Of a stretch of DNA of 20,000 nt, positions 1 through 8,488 are shown in pieces. Source of the DNA: an uncultured virus (IMG/VR IMGVR_UViG_3300010938_000025) (taxonomy: Duplodnaviria; Heunggongvirae; Uroviricota; Caudoviricetes); IMG/VR virus record IMGVR_UViG_3300010938_000025; one strand, 5' to 3'. The notes under the pieces were generated by a model that did no database searches, was not told the origin of the DNA, and saw only the letters and a program-made list of their open reading frames with translations. The position numbers and the translations under genes were made by a program. Numbering within the stretch: position 1 is the first letter of the stretch; every line of letters starts with the position of its first letter.

Positions 1-588
1 TGGCACCGGCACCGGTGCCAGCGCCGGATTCAGGCGATCAATCCACTCCTGGTAGCGTTGACCAGGGCACTCGGTTCGACCGGGATTCAAGGCCCGGTGG
101 GGTGTACGGGGCAGAGGGATCAGGTCCGTCCCTTGCACAGAGGCCACGAATCGGTCCAGCGTCTGGCACACGAACTGGGCGGCACTCAACTGTGCTTCAG
201 TCGGCAATGCGTTGGTAAAATCTCCCAGCAGGCAGATGCCGACCACCTGATCGTTTTTGCCCGCGACGTTGATCCCCCACTGGCCTACATTGCGGGTATA
301 ATGGATGGTACCGTCCTGGCCGATACAGAAGTGATAGCCTATGCCGGCCCAAAGCGTGCCATCCGGTTCTCGACGAGATTTGTGATACTGATAAATCTCG
401 TAGGGACCGATCTGGGGTGGCGCGGCTGAGTGATGGATGGCCCAGTGCTTGACTTCGGCCATGCTGTCACGCAGGGGGACGCCGTTGGGTGAGCCGGCCG
501 GTGCGTTATCCACCAGGATAGACCGCCAATCGCGGAAATTCGGCAAAGTGCGTAAGGTCTCTACCAGCCAGGTGTCATCAACAGCCAA
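1..588 (-). CDS. N-acetylmuramoyl-L-alanine amidase (Amidase_2/T7-lysozyme-like), putative endolysin; 3' end runs off the window
   Basis: Manual translation from TTG at 588 (GGAGG upstream) is open to position 1 and gives WAIHHSA, GIGYHFCIGQDG, GICLLGDF, PTEAQL, PHR and TECPG. These are the Zn-ligand and catalytic motifs of Amidase_2. Confidence 0.88.
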   Translation of the reverse strand, partial: MAVDDTWLVETLRTLPNFRDWRSILVDNAPAGSPNGVPLRDSMAEVKHWAIHHSAAPPQIGPYEIYQYHKSRREPDGTLWAGIGYHFCIGQDGTIHYTRNVGQWGINVAGKNDQVVGICLLGDFTNALPTEAQLSAAQFVCQTLDRFVASVQGTDLIPLPRTPHRALNPGRTECPGQRYQEWIDRLNPALAPVPVP

Positions 589-1624
589 AGATACCCTCCA
601 GTAAGTCAATGCTCCGTTCCCAGTCCATTCTGGCGGCATACTCCAGACCGTTTCGGCTGAGCTGCGCGCGTAGCTCGGCCGAATCTATCAGGCAGCGGGC
701 ATTCGCCACAAACGCCTCCAGATCGCCATAGGGAGATACCAGACAGTTGTACCCGTGCAGTAAGTCATCGTCCCCACATTGAATGGCCCGGCAGACAGGC
801 AGGCCACAGGCCATCGCTTCCAGATCGACACAGCTGCGCCCCTCGAAGCGGCTGGCTTTAAGGAGCATATGGGCCGACGAATAAATCGTGCGTAACTCCG
901 TCTGGGTGGGGGACCGCCAGAACATATCGAAATCCATGTAAGGTGGGTACTGACTGACACCCCACACGACGAGTCGGTCGCCGTAGTAAGACCTGAGAAT
1001 GCGAGCCGCCCGCATGGCCATACGCTCTACGTCCTTGGCCTCATTGGCCAGGTGACCTTCGATCAGAACGACAAACTTTGACGGGTCGAAGGCATACGTC
1101 TCGCGCAGGCGCGGGTCTGGGAAAAACATGGTCCGGTTGACGCCGTTCGGCACAATCGGCACGTCCACGTGGCCGCGTCGTTCCAGCTCCAGTTTGAGCC
1201 AGCTGGAAATCGCAATCGGCCTGAGCTGACACTCTTGCGGATGCAGGTAGCGTTCCACCGATTGTGCCCAAATCGGATTACTCTTCAAAAAGAACAAATG
1301 TTCAAGCATCTGACAGGCGGCGAACTTACGCCCGCCCGGCATGAGCGAGACGATTTTCCAGGTGTTAATCTCGGTGGCCAGTAAGACGTCCCGTGCGGTC
1401 GCCGAGCGCATACGTTCCAGCATGTACTCGAACGGCACGATCTCGAACTCAATCGGCATCCAGGTCACAATGCGTTCACCGGAGACGGCGGCCAGCGAGC
1501 ACGGCCAGCCGCGCCGGCTAAGCCGGTTCAGCCACTCGAAGATCACTCTGACGCCGCCCATTGGCCCCAGTGAGTAAATCAGGGCCATAACCCTGGGCGG
1601 CGAGTCCATACTCGTAAAAGACAC
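578..1624 (-). CDS. Glycosyltransferase, GT-B fold (GT4-like)
   Basis: N-terminal GGVRVIFEW, then AISSW, IVPNGV and the C-terminal EX7E motif (FEGRSCVDLEAMACGLPV). AGGAG lies before the GTG start. Confidence 0.88.
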   Translation of the reverse strand: MSFTSMDSPPRVMALIYSLGPMGGVRVIFEWLNRLSRRGWPCSLAAVSGERIVTWMPIEFEIVPFEYMLERMRSATARDVLLATEINTWKIVSLMPGGRKFAACQMLEHLFFLKSNPIWAQSVERYLHPQECQLRPIAISSWLKLELERRGHVDVPIVPNGVNRTMFFPDPRLRETYAFDPSKFVVLIEGHLANEAKDVERMAMRAARILRSYYGDRLVVWGVSQYPPYMDFDMFWRSPTQTELRTIYSSAHMLLKASRFEGRSCVDLEAMACGLPVCRAIQCGDDDLLHGYNCLVSPYGDLEAFVANARCLIDSAELRAQLSRNGLEYAARMDWERSIDLLEGIFGC

Positions 1625-2687
1625 GACTATACTCCTGCAGGTGTCGGTCGATGTCGAGTGTTTCGGCCCAGGCCTGTCCGGCCTGGGCCAGGCGCTCGCG
1701 GGTCCTGGGCTCGGTGAGTATGGTCAACGTGGCCTCGCGCCAGGCGCGAGGCGTCTGGACCAGGTAGCCACCGGCCGCCTGACGATAGACCGGCACATCC
1801 GAAGCCACCCACGGTACGCCGCACGCGGCGTACTCGATGAGTTTGATGTTCGACTTATGCATGTCATAGGCCCCATACATGGGGGCCAGACCCAGATCGA
1901 AGTTGCGGATGGCTTTAGGCCACTCGGTGAAAGGCAGTGTCCCATAGTACATGACCTGTTGGGCCGGGAGTCTCCGGGTGATGGCAGTGTACACGTTTTT
2001 AGCGCCGTATATGGCCAGTTGAGCGTGCGGGAAGCGCTTCAAGACGGTGGCCATACCAGACAGCACGCCGCTCTTGCGCCATGACACTTCGTGCATCAGG
2101 CTACCTCCCCAGCCGATCACCGGTGCGACATCGGGTCGGGGTGTTTTGGGCTGCGACCAGCTTTCGAGTGACAGGTCCGGATAGTTCGGCACCACCACCA
2201 TACGGCCGTACTGGCCATACCGGTCGGCCAGAGCCTGAGTCGGTACCAACGCCGCCGAGAGCAGACCCAGCGCCTCCGTCCATTCCTTAAAGACCTGGCG
2301 TCCCAGGGACACAACGTGGCCACAAGCCTGGCGTTGTTTATTCCGGCGCCAGATCAGATACGCCTGGGTGGGCTCGGCCGTGCGCGGGATGAGGTCATAC
2401 GCATCGTCAAACGTGCCGAAGACCGGTAATCTCCCTTCCTGACACAACTGGATGATCCACCTGGCCTCACCGAACACACGTTCTATGACGACCAGATCGG
2501 CCTGCACCAGGAACCGTTCCAGCCAGTCCGGGCCGCGCTCGATGGCCGTACTCGTGTGGATCACCTGACTGTCTATCCCGGCTCGCTTAAAGGCAGCGAC
2601 CGGGATCAGGACGCGCCACATGGACGAGTTCATGGCGAGCACGTCGTCGCTCATCAGCCAGAGCAATTGTGGCGTTACTTTTGCCAT
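1518..2687 (-). CDS. Glycosyltransferase, GT-B fold (GT4-like, phage type)
   Basis: Motifs FDDAYD, VVVPNY, IGWGGS and DLGLAP...KSNIKLIEYAACGVPWVASDVPVY, typical of phage GT4-like enzymes. Confidence 0.85.
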   Translation of the reverse strand: MAKVTPQLLWLMSDDVLAMNSSMWRVLIPVAAFKRAGIDSQVIHTSTAIERGPDWLERFLVQADLVVIERVFGEARWIIQLCQEGRLPVFGTFDDAYDLIPRTAEPTQAYLIWRRNKQRQACGHVVSLGRQVFKEWTEALGLLSAALVPTQALADRYGQYGRMVVVPNYPDLSLESWSQPKTPRPDVAPVIGWGGSLMHEVSWRKSGVLSGMATVLKRFPHAQLAIYGAKNVYTAITRRLPAQQVMYYGTLPFTEWPKAIRNFDLGLAPMYGAYDMHKSNIKLIEYAACGVPWVASDVPVYRQAAGGYLVQTPRAWREATLTILTEPRTRERLAQAGQAWAETLDIDRHLQEYSRVFYEYGLAAQGYGPDLLTGANGRRQSDLRVAEPA

Positions 2688-2983
2688 GTGAACCAGACCA
2701 GGGTACTCCCGTTCTCAAGTTTCAGGCAATAGCCCTGTGTGTCACCGGTCAACACGTATACGGCCGGGCAGGTTGTGTCGGTGGACACGCTCAGTGGCCT
2801 CAAATTGACCGGCGCGCCCAGGGCCTGGACGGTGAGCGTGGCCACCTCACCGGGCGCCAGGTTAATCTTGGAGACACCGAACTCAAGTGTAGCCGGGGCC
2901 GTCAGGCTACTCGCCACCAGAATCAGGCCGAAGACGATCAGTGCGACCAGGACTAAACTGGTGAGTCTCAGTAATCTCAGCAT
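2675..2983 (-). CDS. Small secreted or membrane-anchored protein (102 aa)
   Basis: ATG at 2983 follows GGGGG. A basic N-terminus and hydrophobic helix (LVLVALIVFGLILVA) precede a beta-rich segment. The gene overlaps both neighbours. Confidence 0.6.
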   Translation of the reverse strand: MLRLLRLTSLVLVALIVFGLILVASSLTAPATLEFGVSKINLAPGEVATLTVQALGAPVNLRPLSVSTDTTCPAVYVLTGDTQGYCLKLENGSTLVWFTWQK

Positions 2984-4892
2984 GGTCAACCCCCAATTCA
3001 AAGATACAGGCCAACTTTGAGCCGTGGTACACATTCACCCGTTCGGGGTGAGTCTCGGCGTGCAGTGGATACCAGTTGAGTGTGAAGGGATGGATGGTCC
3101 GATCCGCGTCACAGGCTTCGCAGTTGCTCAGGCTGCGCTGCCAGCCGGTCATACCCAATTCCGTCAAAGCCTGCCACAGGCCGATGGTCCAGGCCAGTTG
3201 CACGGCCGTTCTGAGGGCCTGTGGACCGGCCTGGGTCAGCCATTCACGGGCAACCTGCACTGCCCGTTCAACGTGGTCTATAGCGCACGTTTGCGCCCCG
3301 CTGACGGTCTGATAGCCCAACTGACAGGCTTCGGTGCACAGGATACGTCCCAAGGCGGACAGGGCCTGAGCATCCTGTACCGCTTCGGCCTCACGCAGGG
3401 CGCGTAACAGGTGTCCCTGCATGGCCCGGCGGGTGGCCTGTGGGACCTGGTCATCTGGGGTGCGACCGGGGAAGCTTTGCGAATTCGTCTGAACCCGGCC
3501 ACCTGGCAGGACGGTTTGTTGGGCAAAGCTGGCCTTAGGTGTGCGCAGGTAGGCGGTTTCGAGCTCTTCTTTCAAGTTCTCAAGTTCGACGTCCGGGTCA
3601 TAGCCGACTTCTTCGAGGGCTGTACGCCACGAGAGGCCACCGAAGCCCAGTAAAGGCGCGATCTGCTCTTTGATCAGGTCGGCGGCGCGGAGGGAGATAG
3701 GTGCCAGGCGGATACGCGGTTGGGCCTTCCTGAGGGCCGGTGAGCCGGCGCGTTGGGTATAGAGGGTCACCCACCAGTTCAGCCAGTTGGTAATCTGCCC
3801 GCGCAAATAGTCCAGGCGCTCGATCAGGATGCGAGCATCCATTTCGGCGTCTCCGCGACCGGTACTGCCGCGGCCTGGGGTTTCGCCTGAGATAATCCGC
3901 ACGGAGATACCGAGCTGTCTGAAGATATGGAAGGTTAACTCTAACCATTTCTCGGTCGCCATCAGGCTATCGATAGTCGCGGGCACGAACTGTTGCACCT
4001 TGATATTATCCCGCCAGACCAGATAGCCTGTCCGGTCGCCGGTCGCGCCGCGCAATTTCTGGGTCAGGAGGGTTATCTCGCCGGCCTGTGGGTTCGAGAG
4101 GGTAAAAAGCCAGAACTGACCCTTGATGCCCTCGATCAGGCCGCGGGACATTTCTTCCAGGACCCAACGGGTTGAAATCGCGCGGATGGCGCGAGCAATG
4201 GGTGGGAACGCATAGCGTTCCCACGGGAACTTGCGTTGGGACAGGTGGCGTACCAGTTCGGTCTTGAGTGGAATGATCTGGGCCTTCTGAACGATCCGGG
4301 TGGCGTAGTCGTCGGCTAAAGCCTGATAGAAGGCCCTCGGATACGCATGTTCCTGCTGGAGTTCCATCAGCAGTTCTTCTGAGGTCAGCAGGCCCATGTT
4401 GCGTTGGCCGACCGTCTTGACCTCGCCCACCGAGACATTGGGTGGATACAGGTGCAGGATACCGGCCGGGGTTTTACCGTCGAACAGGGCCACCGGGAAA
4501 GCGTTCCCGTAGACGCCCAGGGTCAGAAGCAGGGTATCCACGGTCTCTTCAATCTTCAGCAGATCGAACAATTCCCTGATCGCTTTTCTGACACCCACAT
4601 CGCGTGTTGAGATGATAAGCGGTTTACGGCCGACGTCGATGGGTGCGGTGACCGTCTGCCAGACGTCGCCATCGCTGCGGCAGATGACCTCACACAACTG
4701 CATGGCTGCGGCAATATCAGACGGCACCGGCCGAGGCGTCCCCGTTTCTACGGCACCGGCAGTCATCGAGCGAATCCGGTCCAATTGGGCACCGCTGATC
4801 GCGTGCTCGATAGACTGGATGGCATCGCTGAGCGGCAGGCTGGCTTCGATCTTGAACGTGTTTTCGAGTTCCTGCAGGATTGCGTCAGTCAT
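2907..4892 (-). CDS. Phage portal protein with a C-terminal extension
   Basis: 661 aa ORF two genes downstream of TerL. It contains LGVYGNAF and RYAFPPIARAIRAI segments typical of portals, and AGAGGA lies upstream as an RBS. Confidence 0.72.
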   Translation of the reverse strand: MTDAILQELENTFKIEASLPLSDAIQSIEHAISGAQLDRIRSMTAGAVETGTPRPVPSDIAAAMQLCEVICRSDGDVWQTVTAPIDVGRKPLIISTRDVGVRKAIRELFDLLKIEETVDTLLLTLGVYGNAFPVALFDGKTPAGILHLYPPNVSVGEVKTVGQRNMGLLTSEELLMELQQEHAYPRAFYQALADDYATRIVQKAQIIPLKTELVRHLSQRKFPWERYAFPPIARAIRAISTRWVLEEMSRGLIEGIKGQFWLFTLSNPQAGEITLLTQKLRGATGDRTGYLVWRDNIKVQQFVPATIDSLMATEKWLELTFHIFRQLGISVRIISGETPGRGSTGRGDAEMDARILIERLDYLRGQITNWLNWWVTLYTQRAGSPALRKAQPRIRLAPISLRAADLIKEQIAPLLGFGGLSWRTALEEVGYDPDVELENLKEELETAYLRTPKASFAQQTVLPGGRVQTNSQSFPGRTPDDQVPQATRRAMQGHLLRALREAEAVQDAQALSALGRILCTEACQLGYQTVSGAQTCAIDHVERAVQVAREWLTQAGPQALRTAVQLAWTIGLWQALTELGMTGWQRSLSNCEACDADRTIHPFTLNWYPLHAETHPERVNVYHGSKLACIFELGVDHAEITETHQFSPGRTDRLRPDSGGE

Positions 4893-5136
4893 GCTTATCC
4901 TCTGACCGATACTGCGCCATCAGCTTGGCCGGGCTCAGGCCGTATTCCAGGTCCAATCTGTGCCAGGCCGTCGCTGCATCCAGGCCGTTCAGTTCGGCCG
5001 GCCAGTCGGTCCAGACCGGAAGAGAATTACGGATTTTCACCTGTCTGAGTTCGCCGTCTCCCAGGTGATGACAGAGGAGCAGCAGGCGGAACATCGCCGG
5101 GTGAAGACGCGATGGCTCAAGACTGATTTTAGACAA
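4885..5136 (-). CDS. Hypothetical protein (83 aa)
   Basis: Strong GGAGGTG RBS before TTG at 5136, with 8-nt overlaps to TerL and to the portal gene. Confidence 0.6.
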   Translation of the reverse strand: MSKISLEPSRLHPAMFRLLLLCHHLGDGELRQVKIRNSLPVWTDWPAELNGLDAATAWHRLDLEYGLSPAKLMAQYRSEDKHD

Positions 5137-6940
5137 GGTCACCTCCGAACAGTTCCCAGGGCGGCACATACCGACCGGGGGCAGCCGGTCCGAGCTGTAG
5201 CCAGCCTAGCTCCTGTAGTTGTACCGTCTGCTGGGCGGTCGCTCTAATCCTGGAAATGCGCAACAGGCCGGACTGAACCGCGCGCAGCGCATCTGAAGCA
5301 TGATCCTGCCCGACGTCGGGTGGGACATAGCGGACCGTACCGGTCGGGGAGCGCGTTTCGGTTGTACCGGCCAGTTCTCTCAGCAAGCCTTCATCGGCCC
5401 GTGCCAGAATGATCGGGTTAGAGAGGGCCGTTCTGGTTCCATCCAGTACGGCCTGGCCTGCGGCGAGAGACTCTTTCAGCATCTCCGTATAGTACTGTTT
5501 GGCCTGAACGGTCGCTTCGCGCAGGTTTTCTTCGGCGACCGGCACGTGGCAGGTATCACAGATGTACACATCCTGCACTCGTCGCACCGCGGTGCGACAG
5601 ACGCGGTGCAACTTAATCCGGGCATCGTTGACCGTACCGGCGAAGCCGGCGTCAACCGCGAAAGTCTCATACGCGAACTCACGGTACTCAGGGGCAGACT
5701 TGAGATCGTCCAGGATACCTGCGCCTGAGCCATGTGCTTCAAGCACGATAATGACCGCCGGTTCCGGCAGGACAAACGCATTCAGAGTGTGGACCAATCT
5801 GGCCTGATACGGCAGGCGAACCCGGTACAGGTCCAGTCTGGCCAGTTCTTCCCAGCCGCGGTCCGTCTCATAGAAGACGAGCAGCACGGTCGGGTCCGGC
5901 GAATAGCCGATGTCGCCGCCGATCAGCCAACGGCGGGCGCGTTTGCGGACTTCGTCAACCGGCAGATTCAGGTATAACTGCAGGTTGTTCAGGTGCATCT
6001 GCACCTGTTCACCGGTCAGGCTGATGTGAATAAAGGGGATGTCTGCCACCCCGATCACCGGAAACGAACTGACCGCTTCATCACCCCATTGCCCTAAGAC
6101 CTGAGTGATGTAGGACTGAGAGTGGAGCCCGCCGTGCTTCTGAATTTCTTCCGCTCGGGCCGATTGGGAAAAGTACACGGGGTTGATGAACGTCGGATAG
6201 TTATGTCGTGACCAGTCGCCACCGTACTGTCGGGTCTGATCGACGGCCCAGAAGGGTGTATTCCGGTTACCGTTGGGCACGCCGGCCCACAGCCAGCGGC
6301 TGCCGGGCAGGGCCGTATTCAGGCGTTCTTTGAACGCGGCCCAATTACCGTAGGCCCCTTCATCGCCCAGCATGAAACTGCAACGTGGGCCGACCATAGA
6401 TCGGCCGGTATGCGACTGACCTTCGATCCGCAAATACCACACGAACGTATTGCCATTGCCCTGATTGAAGGTCAGGATATTCTCCGAGCGGTTGAAATCC
6501 ATAAGCATGGCTCGAAACAGCGGGACGGTCTGCAACTTGGATTCAATGCGGTCAATGATGGGGCTTAAGTGGTGTTCGTTGGGCGTAAAGAAAAGGGCTT
6601 CGGTGCGACCTTTGGGGCGGGCGGTCAGCGGCCAGAAGACGAGTCTGGCCTCGACGTTGATGGTTTTGGCCAGCTTGCGTCCGGTGCAGTACTGGACTTT
6701 GGGATTGCGGTCCAAAGCCATCAGACGTTGTCGCTCGCTGATCACCTGTCGGCCGCGCCAGGTCACCGGCAAATCCGTGCGGTCTTCAGGCACCGTTAAT
6801 TCGTGTGCCCAGAAGTGCTGCATGAACAGCAATTCATTGGTTAACAATATGCCTAACTTCAGTTCCTGCAGGCTCAGGCGGCGGCGTTGTTTCAACATGC
6901 CAACAGATTCCGTCCGGTTCTGCGACCAGTCCTCCCCCAC
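5129..6940 (-). CDS. terL: Terminase large subunit
   Basis: Walker A-like TGRKLAKT, Walker B FMLGDEG, coupling motif GVPNG, and RNase H-like nuclease motifs IGGDIG and QDHASDALR. The start could be ATG at 6898. Confidence 0.85.
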   Translation of the reverse strand: MGEDWSQNRTESVGMLKQRRRLSLQELKLGILLTNELLFMQHFWAHELTVPEDRTDLPVTWRGRQVISERQRLMALDRNPKVQYCTGRKLAKTINVEARLVFWPLTARPKGRTEALFFTPNEHHLSPIIDRIESKLQTVPLFRAMLMDFNRSENILTFNQGNGNTFVWYLRIEGQSHTGRSMVGPRCSFMLGDEGAYGNWAAFKERLNTALPGSRWLWAGVPNGNRNTPFWAVDQTRQYGGDWSRHNYPTFINPVYFSQSARAEEIQKHGGLHSQSYITQVLGQWGDEAVSSFPVIGVADIPFIHISLTGEQVQMHLNNLQLYLNLPVDEVRKRARRWLIGGDIGYSPDPTVLLVFYETDRGWEELARLDLYRVRLPYQARLVHTLNAFVLPEPAVIIVLEAHGSGAGILDDLKSAPEYREFAYETFAVDAGFAGTVNDARIKLHRVCRTAVRRVQDVYICDTCHVPVAEENLREATVQAKQYYTEMLKESLAAGQAVLDGTRTALSNPIILARADEGLLRELAGTTETRSPTGTVRYVPPDVGQDHASDALRAVQSGLLRISRIRATAQQTVQLQELGWLQLGPAAPGRYVPPWELFGGDLV

Positions 6941-7826
6941 TCCCCAGGTCGGTCACCTTAGACATCAACGTCAGAGTGAGGTACTGTTCACAGCGTGGGC
7001 ATTGCAGATAAACCTTAAACGGTCGGGTGGGAAACCCGAACCAGATCACACCCAACAGAATACCGCAGTGCGTTACCTCAAGCAGTTCTCGTTCCAGTAA
7101 GGACTGCGTTTCTTCGATCAGAGAGCGTACCAGGCTGAGTCCGGTCGCATCGCCCTGTTCTCGCTCGGAGCGCATGATGCCCATCGTCTTCTGCAACTGA
7201 CGATGTTCCGCCGAGAGTGACTTCAGGGCCTCTGAGATACTGGTCGTCAGGCTGATGACAGTCGGTTCGGTGCGACCTGACAGCGCGACCAGCTGGTCTC
7301 CCAGGAGCTCCATGCGGACTTCCATCACCGCCAGTGTCCGAATGGACGCAATATCATTGGGGCCCTGGGCGTCATACGCATCCATGTACTCTTTGATGCG
7401 TTGCTCAACCCGCGCCCGAATGTCTTCGGCCGGCACCGGGGTGATAAGCGAACCCAGCATGGCGTCCTGGCTCGGCACTACGGTCAGTTCAACACCGGCC
7501 GGGCTGGCTGAAACCGGTTTTAGCTGCCCGGTCTGAGCCAATCCGGACTGAAAGCCTGCCTCCAGCTCTTCTAACTTGCGCTGGAGGGCGTACATGCGTT
7601 CTTCCTCTTCGGTCACCGGACTGCCAGCGCGTTCTCTAATCCAGCGCGCAATCTGCTCATCGGTCACGTTCATCTTCTCGTAAGCTTCGCGCGCGGCATC
7701 CACGTCGGCCAGACCGGTGAAAGCCCGCCAGGTACCGGCCAGATGATGATAAGGAGCGATGCGGCTTGTCGATATACCGTAGATTTTGCGAATCTTCTTC
7801 GGTTTCGACTTACCCGATCTGGCCAT
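6834..7826 (-). CDS. Hypothetical helical/coiled-coil protein with a C-terminal Cys cluster; positional candidate for terminase small subunit
   Basis: Lies directly upstream of TerL, with GGAG before ATG 7826. It has a basic N-terminus, heptad-like helices and HCG...CPRC. The TerS function is inferred from position only. Confidence 0.5.
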   Translation of the reverse strand: MARSGKSKPKKIRKIYGISTSRIAPYHHLAGTWRAFTGLADVDAAREAYEKMNVTDEQIARWIRERAGSPVTEEEERMYALQRKLEELEAGFQSGLAQTGQLKPVSASPAGVELTVVPSQDAMLGSLITPVPAEDIRARVEQRIKEYMDAYDAQGPNDIASIRTLAVMEVRMELLGDQLVALSGRTEPTVISLTTSISEALKSLSAEHRQLQKTMGIMRSEREQGDATGLSLVRSLIEETQSLLERELLEVTHCGILLGVIWFGFPTRPFKVYLQCPRCEQYLTLTLMSKVTDLGSGGGLVAEPDGICWHVETTPPPEPAGTEVRHIVNQ

Positions 7827-8100
7827 CTGACTCCAGCGCACCGACTACCTGCAGCGCTTCCTCCGGCGAGTGCACAACGGCCACCTGACCCCGCCAGTCC
7901 GCGTGCCAGTCAATCTGGTCGGGCGTGAGTATACCCTGCGGGTGCTTGACCTCCAGCAGAAACGTCTGCCCCCGATACCCAACCAACAGATCGGGACAGC
8001 CGCCTCCCACCCTGTGCAACGAGTAGACACTACACCCCACAGCCCGTAATGCCCTGACTATTTCGGACTGGTTTGCATCCGTCCTGCCATTGCGCCGCAT
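7810..8100 (-). CDS. VRR-NUC / PD-(D/E)XK nuclease (resolvase-like)
   Basis: RTDANQSEIV...GCPDLLVGYRGQTFLLEVK...LTPDQ carries the PD...EVK catalytic motif of phage VRR-NUC proteins. Confidence 0.85.
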   Translation of the reverse strand: MRRNGRTDANQSEIVRALRAVGCSVYSLHRVGGGCPDLLVGYRGQTFLLEVKHPQGILTPDQIDWHADWRGQVAVVHSPEEALQVVGALESDGQIG

Positions 8101-8106
8101 ACCCCC

Positions 8107-8135
8107 ATTGTACTGTGCATGGTGACATTTGTCAA
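8107..8135 (-). promoter_or_regulatory. sigma70-type promoter of the packaging operon, probably giving a leaderless mRNA
   Basis: Minus-strand TTGACA (8135-8130), 17 nt, TACAAT (8112-8107). Only 6 nt separate the -10 box from ATG 8100. Confidence 0.75.
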
Positions 8136-8188
8136 CTTTGTGGCACACTCAGCCTCAAAAGATTAAGCCAACCCTTCAGCCAACCACT

Positions 8189-8216
8189 TTGACCCGGCAA
8201 TGATTTGATGTATAAT
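8189..8216 (+). promoter_or_regulatory. Divergent sigma70-type promoter
   Basis: TTGACC (8189-8194), 16 nt, TATAAT (8211-8216), upstream of an AGGAGG RBS and ATG 8249. Confidence 0.65.
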
Positions 8217-8248
8217 TGTTGCAAATTACCTGTCTTTCAGGAGGCCGA

Positions 8249-8485
8249 ATGTCCACCGTCGTACACCTATCCGCCACCGAAGTGCGCCGCAACGGCATGA
8301 AGCTCACCCAACTCGTCGCCCGCGGCAATCCAATCATCCTGACCCATTACCGCAGTCCTTTCGCCCTGGTCATCCCGTTCCCCTTCAGCCTGGAACAGGC
8401 CCGACAGACCATCGTCCAACTCGTCACCGGCGCCTATAAACTGCAACCAGAACCAGAACCAGAACCAGAACAAATGGACCTGTAG
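8249..8485 (+). CDS. Phd/YefM-family antitoxin-like DNA-binding protein (78 aa)
   Basis: LSATEVRRNGMKLTQLVARGNPIILTHYRSPFALVIP fits the Phd/YefM N-terminal pattern. Strong RBS; acidic PEPEPE tail encoded by CCAGAA x4. Confidence 0.65.
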   Translation: MSTVVHLSATEVRRNGMKLTQLVARGNPIILTHYRSPFALVIPFPFSLEQARQTIVQLVTGAYKLQPEPEPEPEQMDL

Positions 8486-8488
8486 TCA

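Noticed and set aside
58..429. Plus-strand 123-aa ORF
   Set aside because: It is the antisense shadow of the minus-strand amidase.
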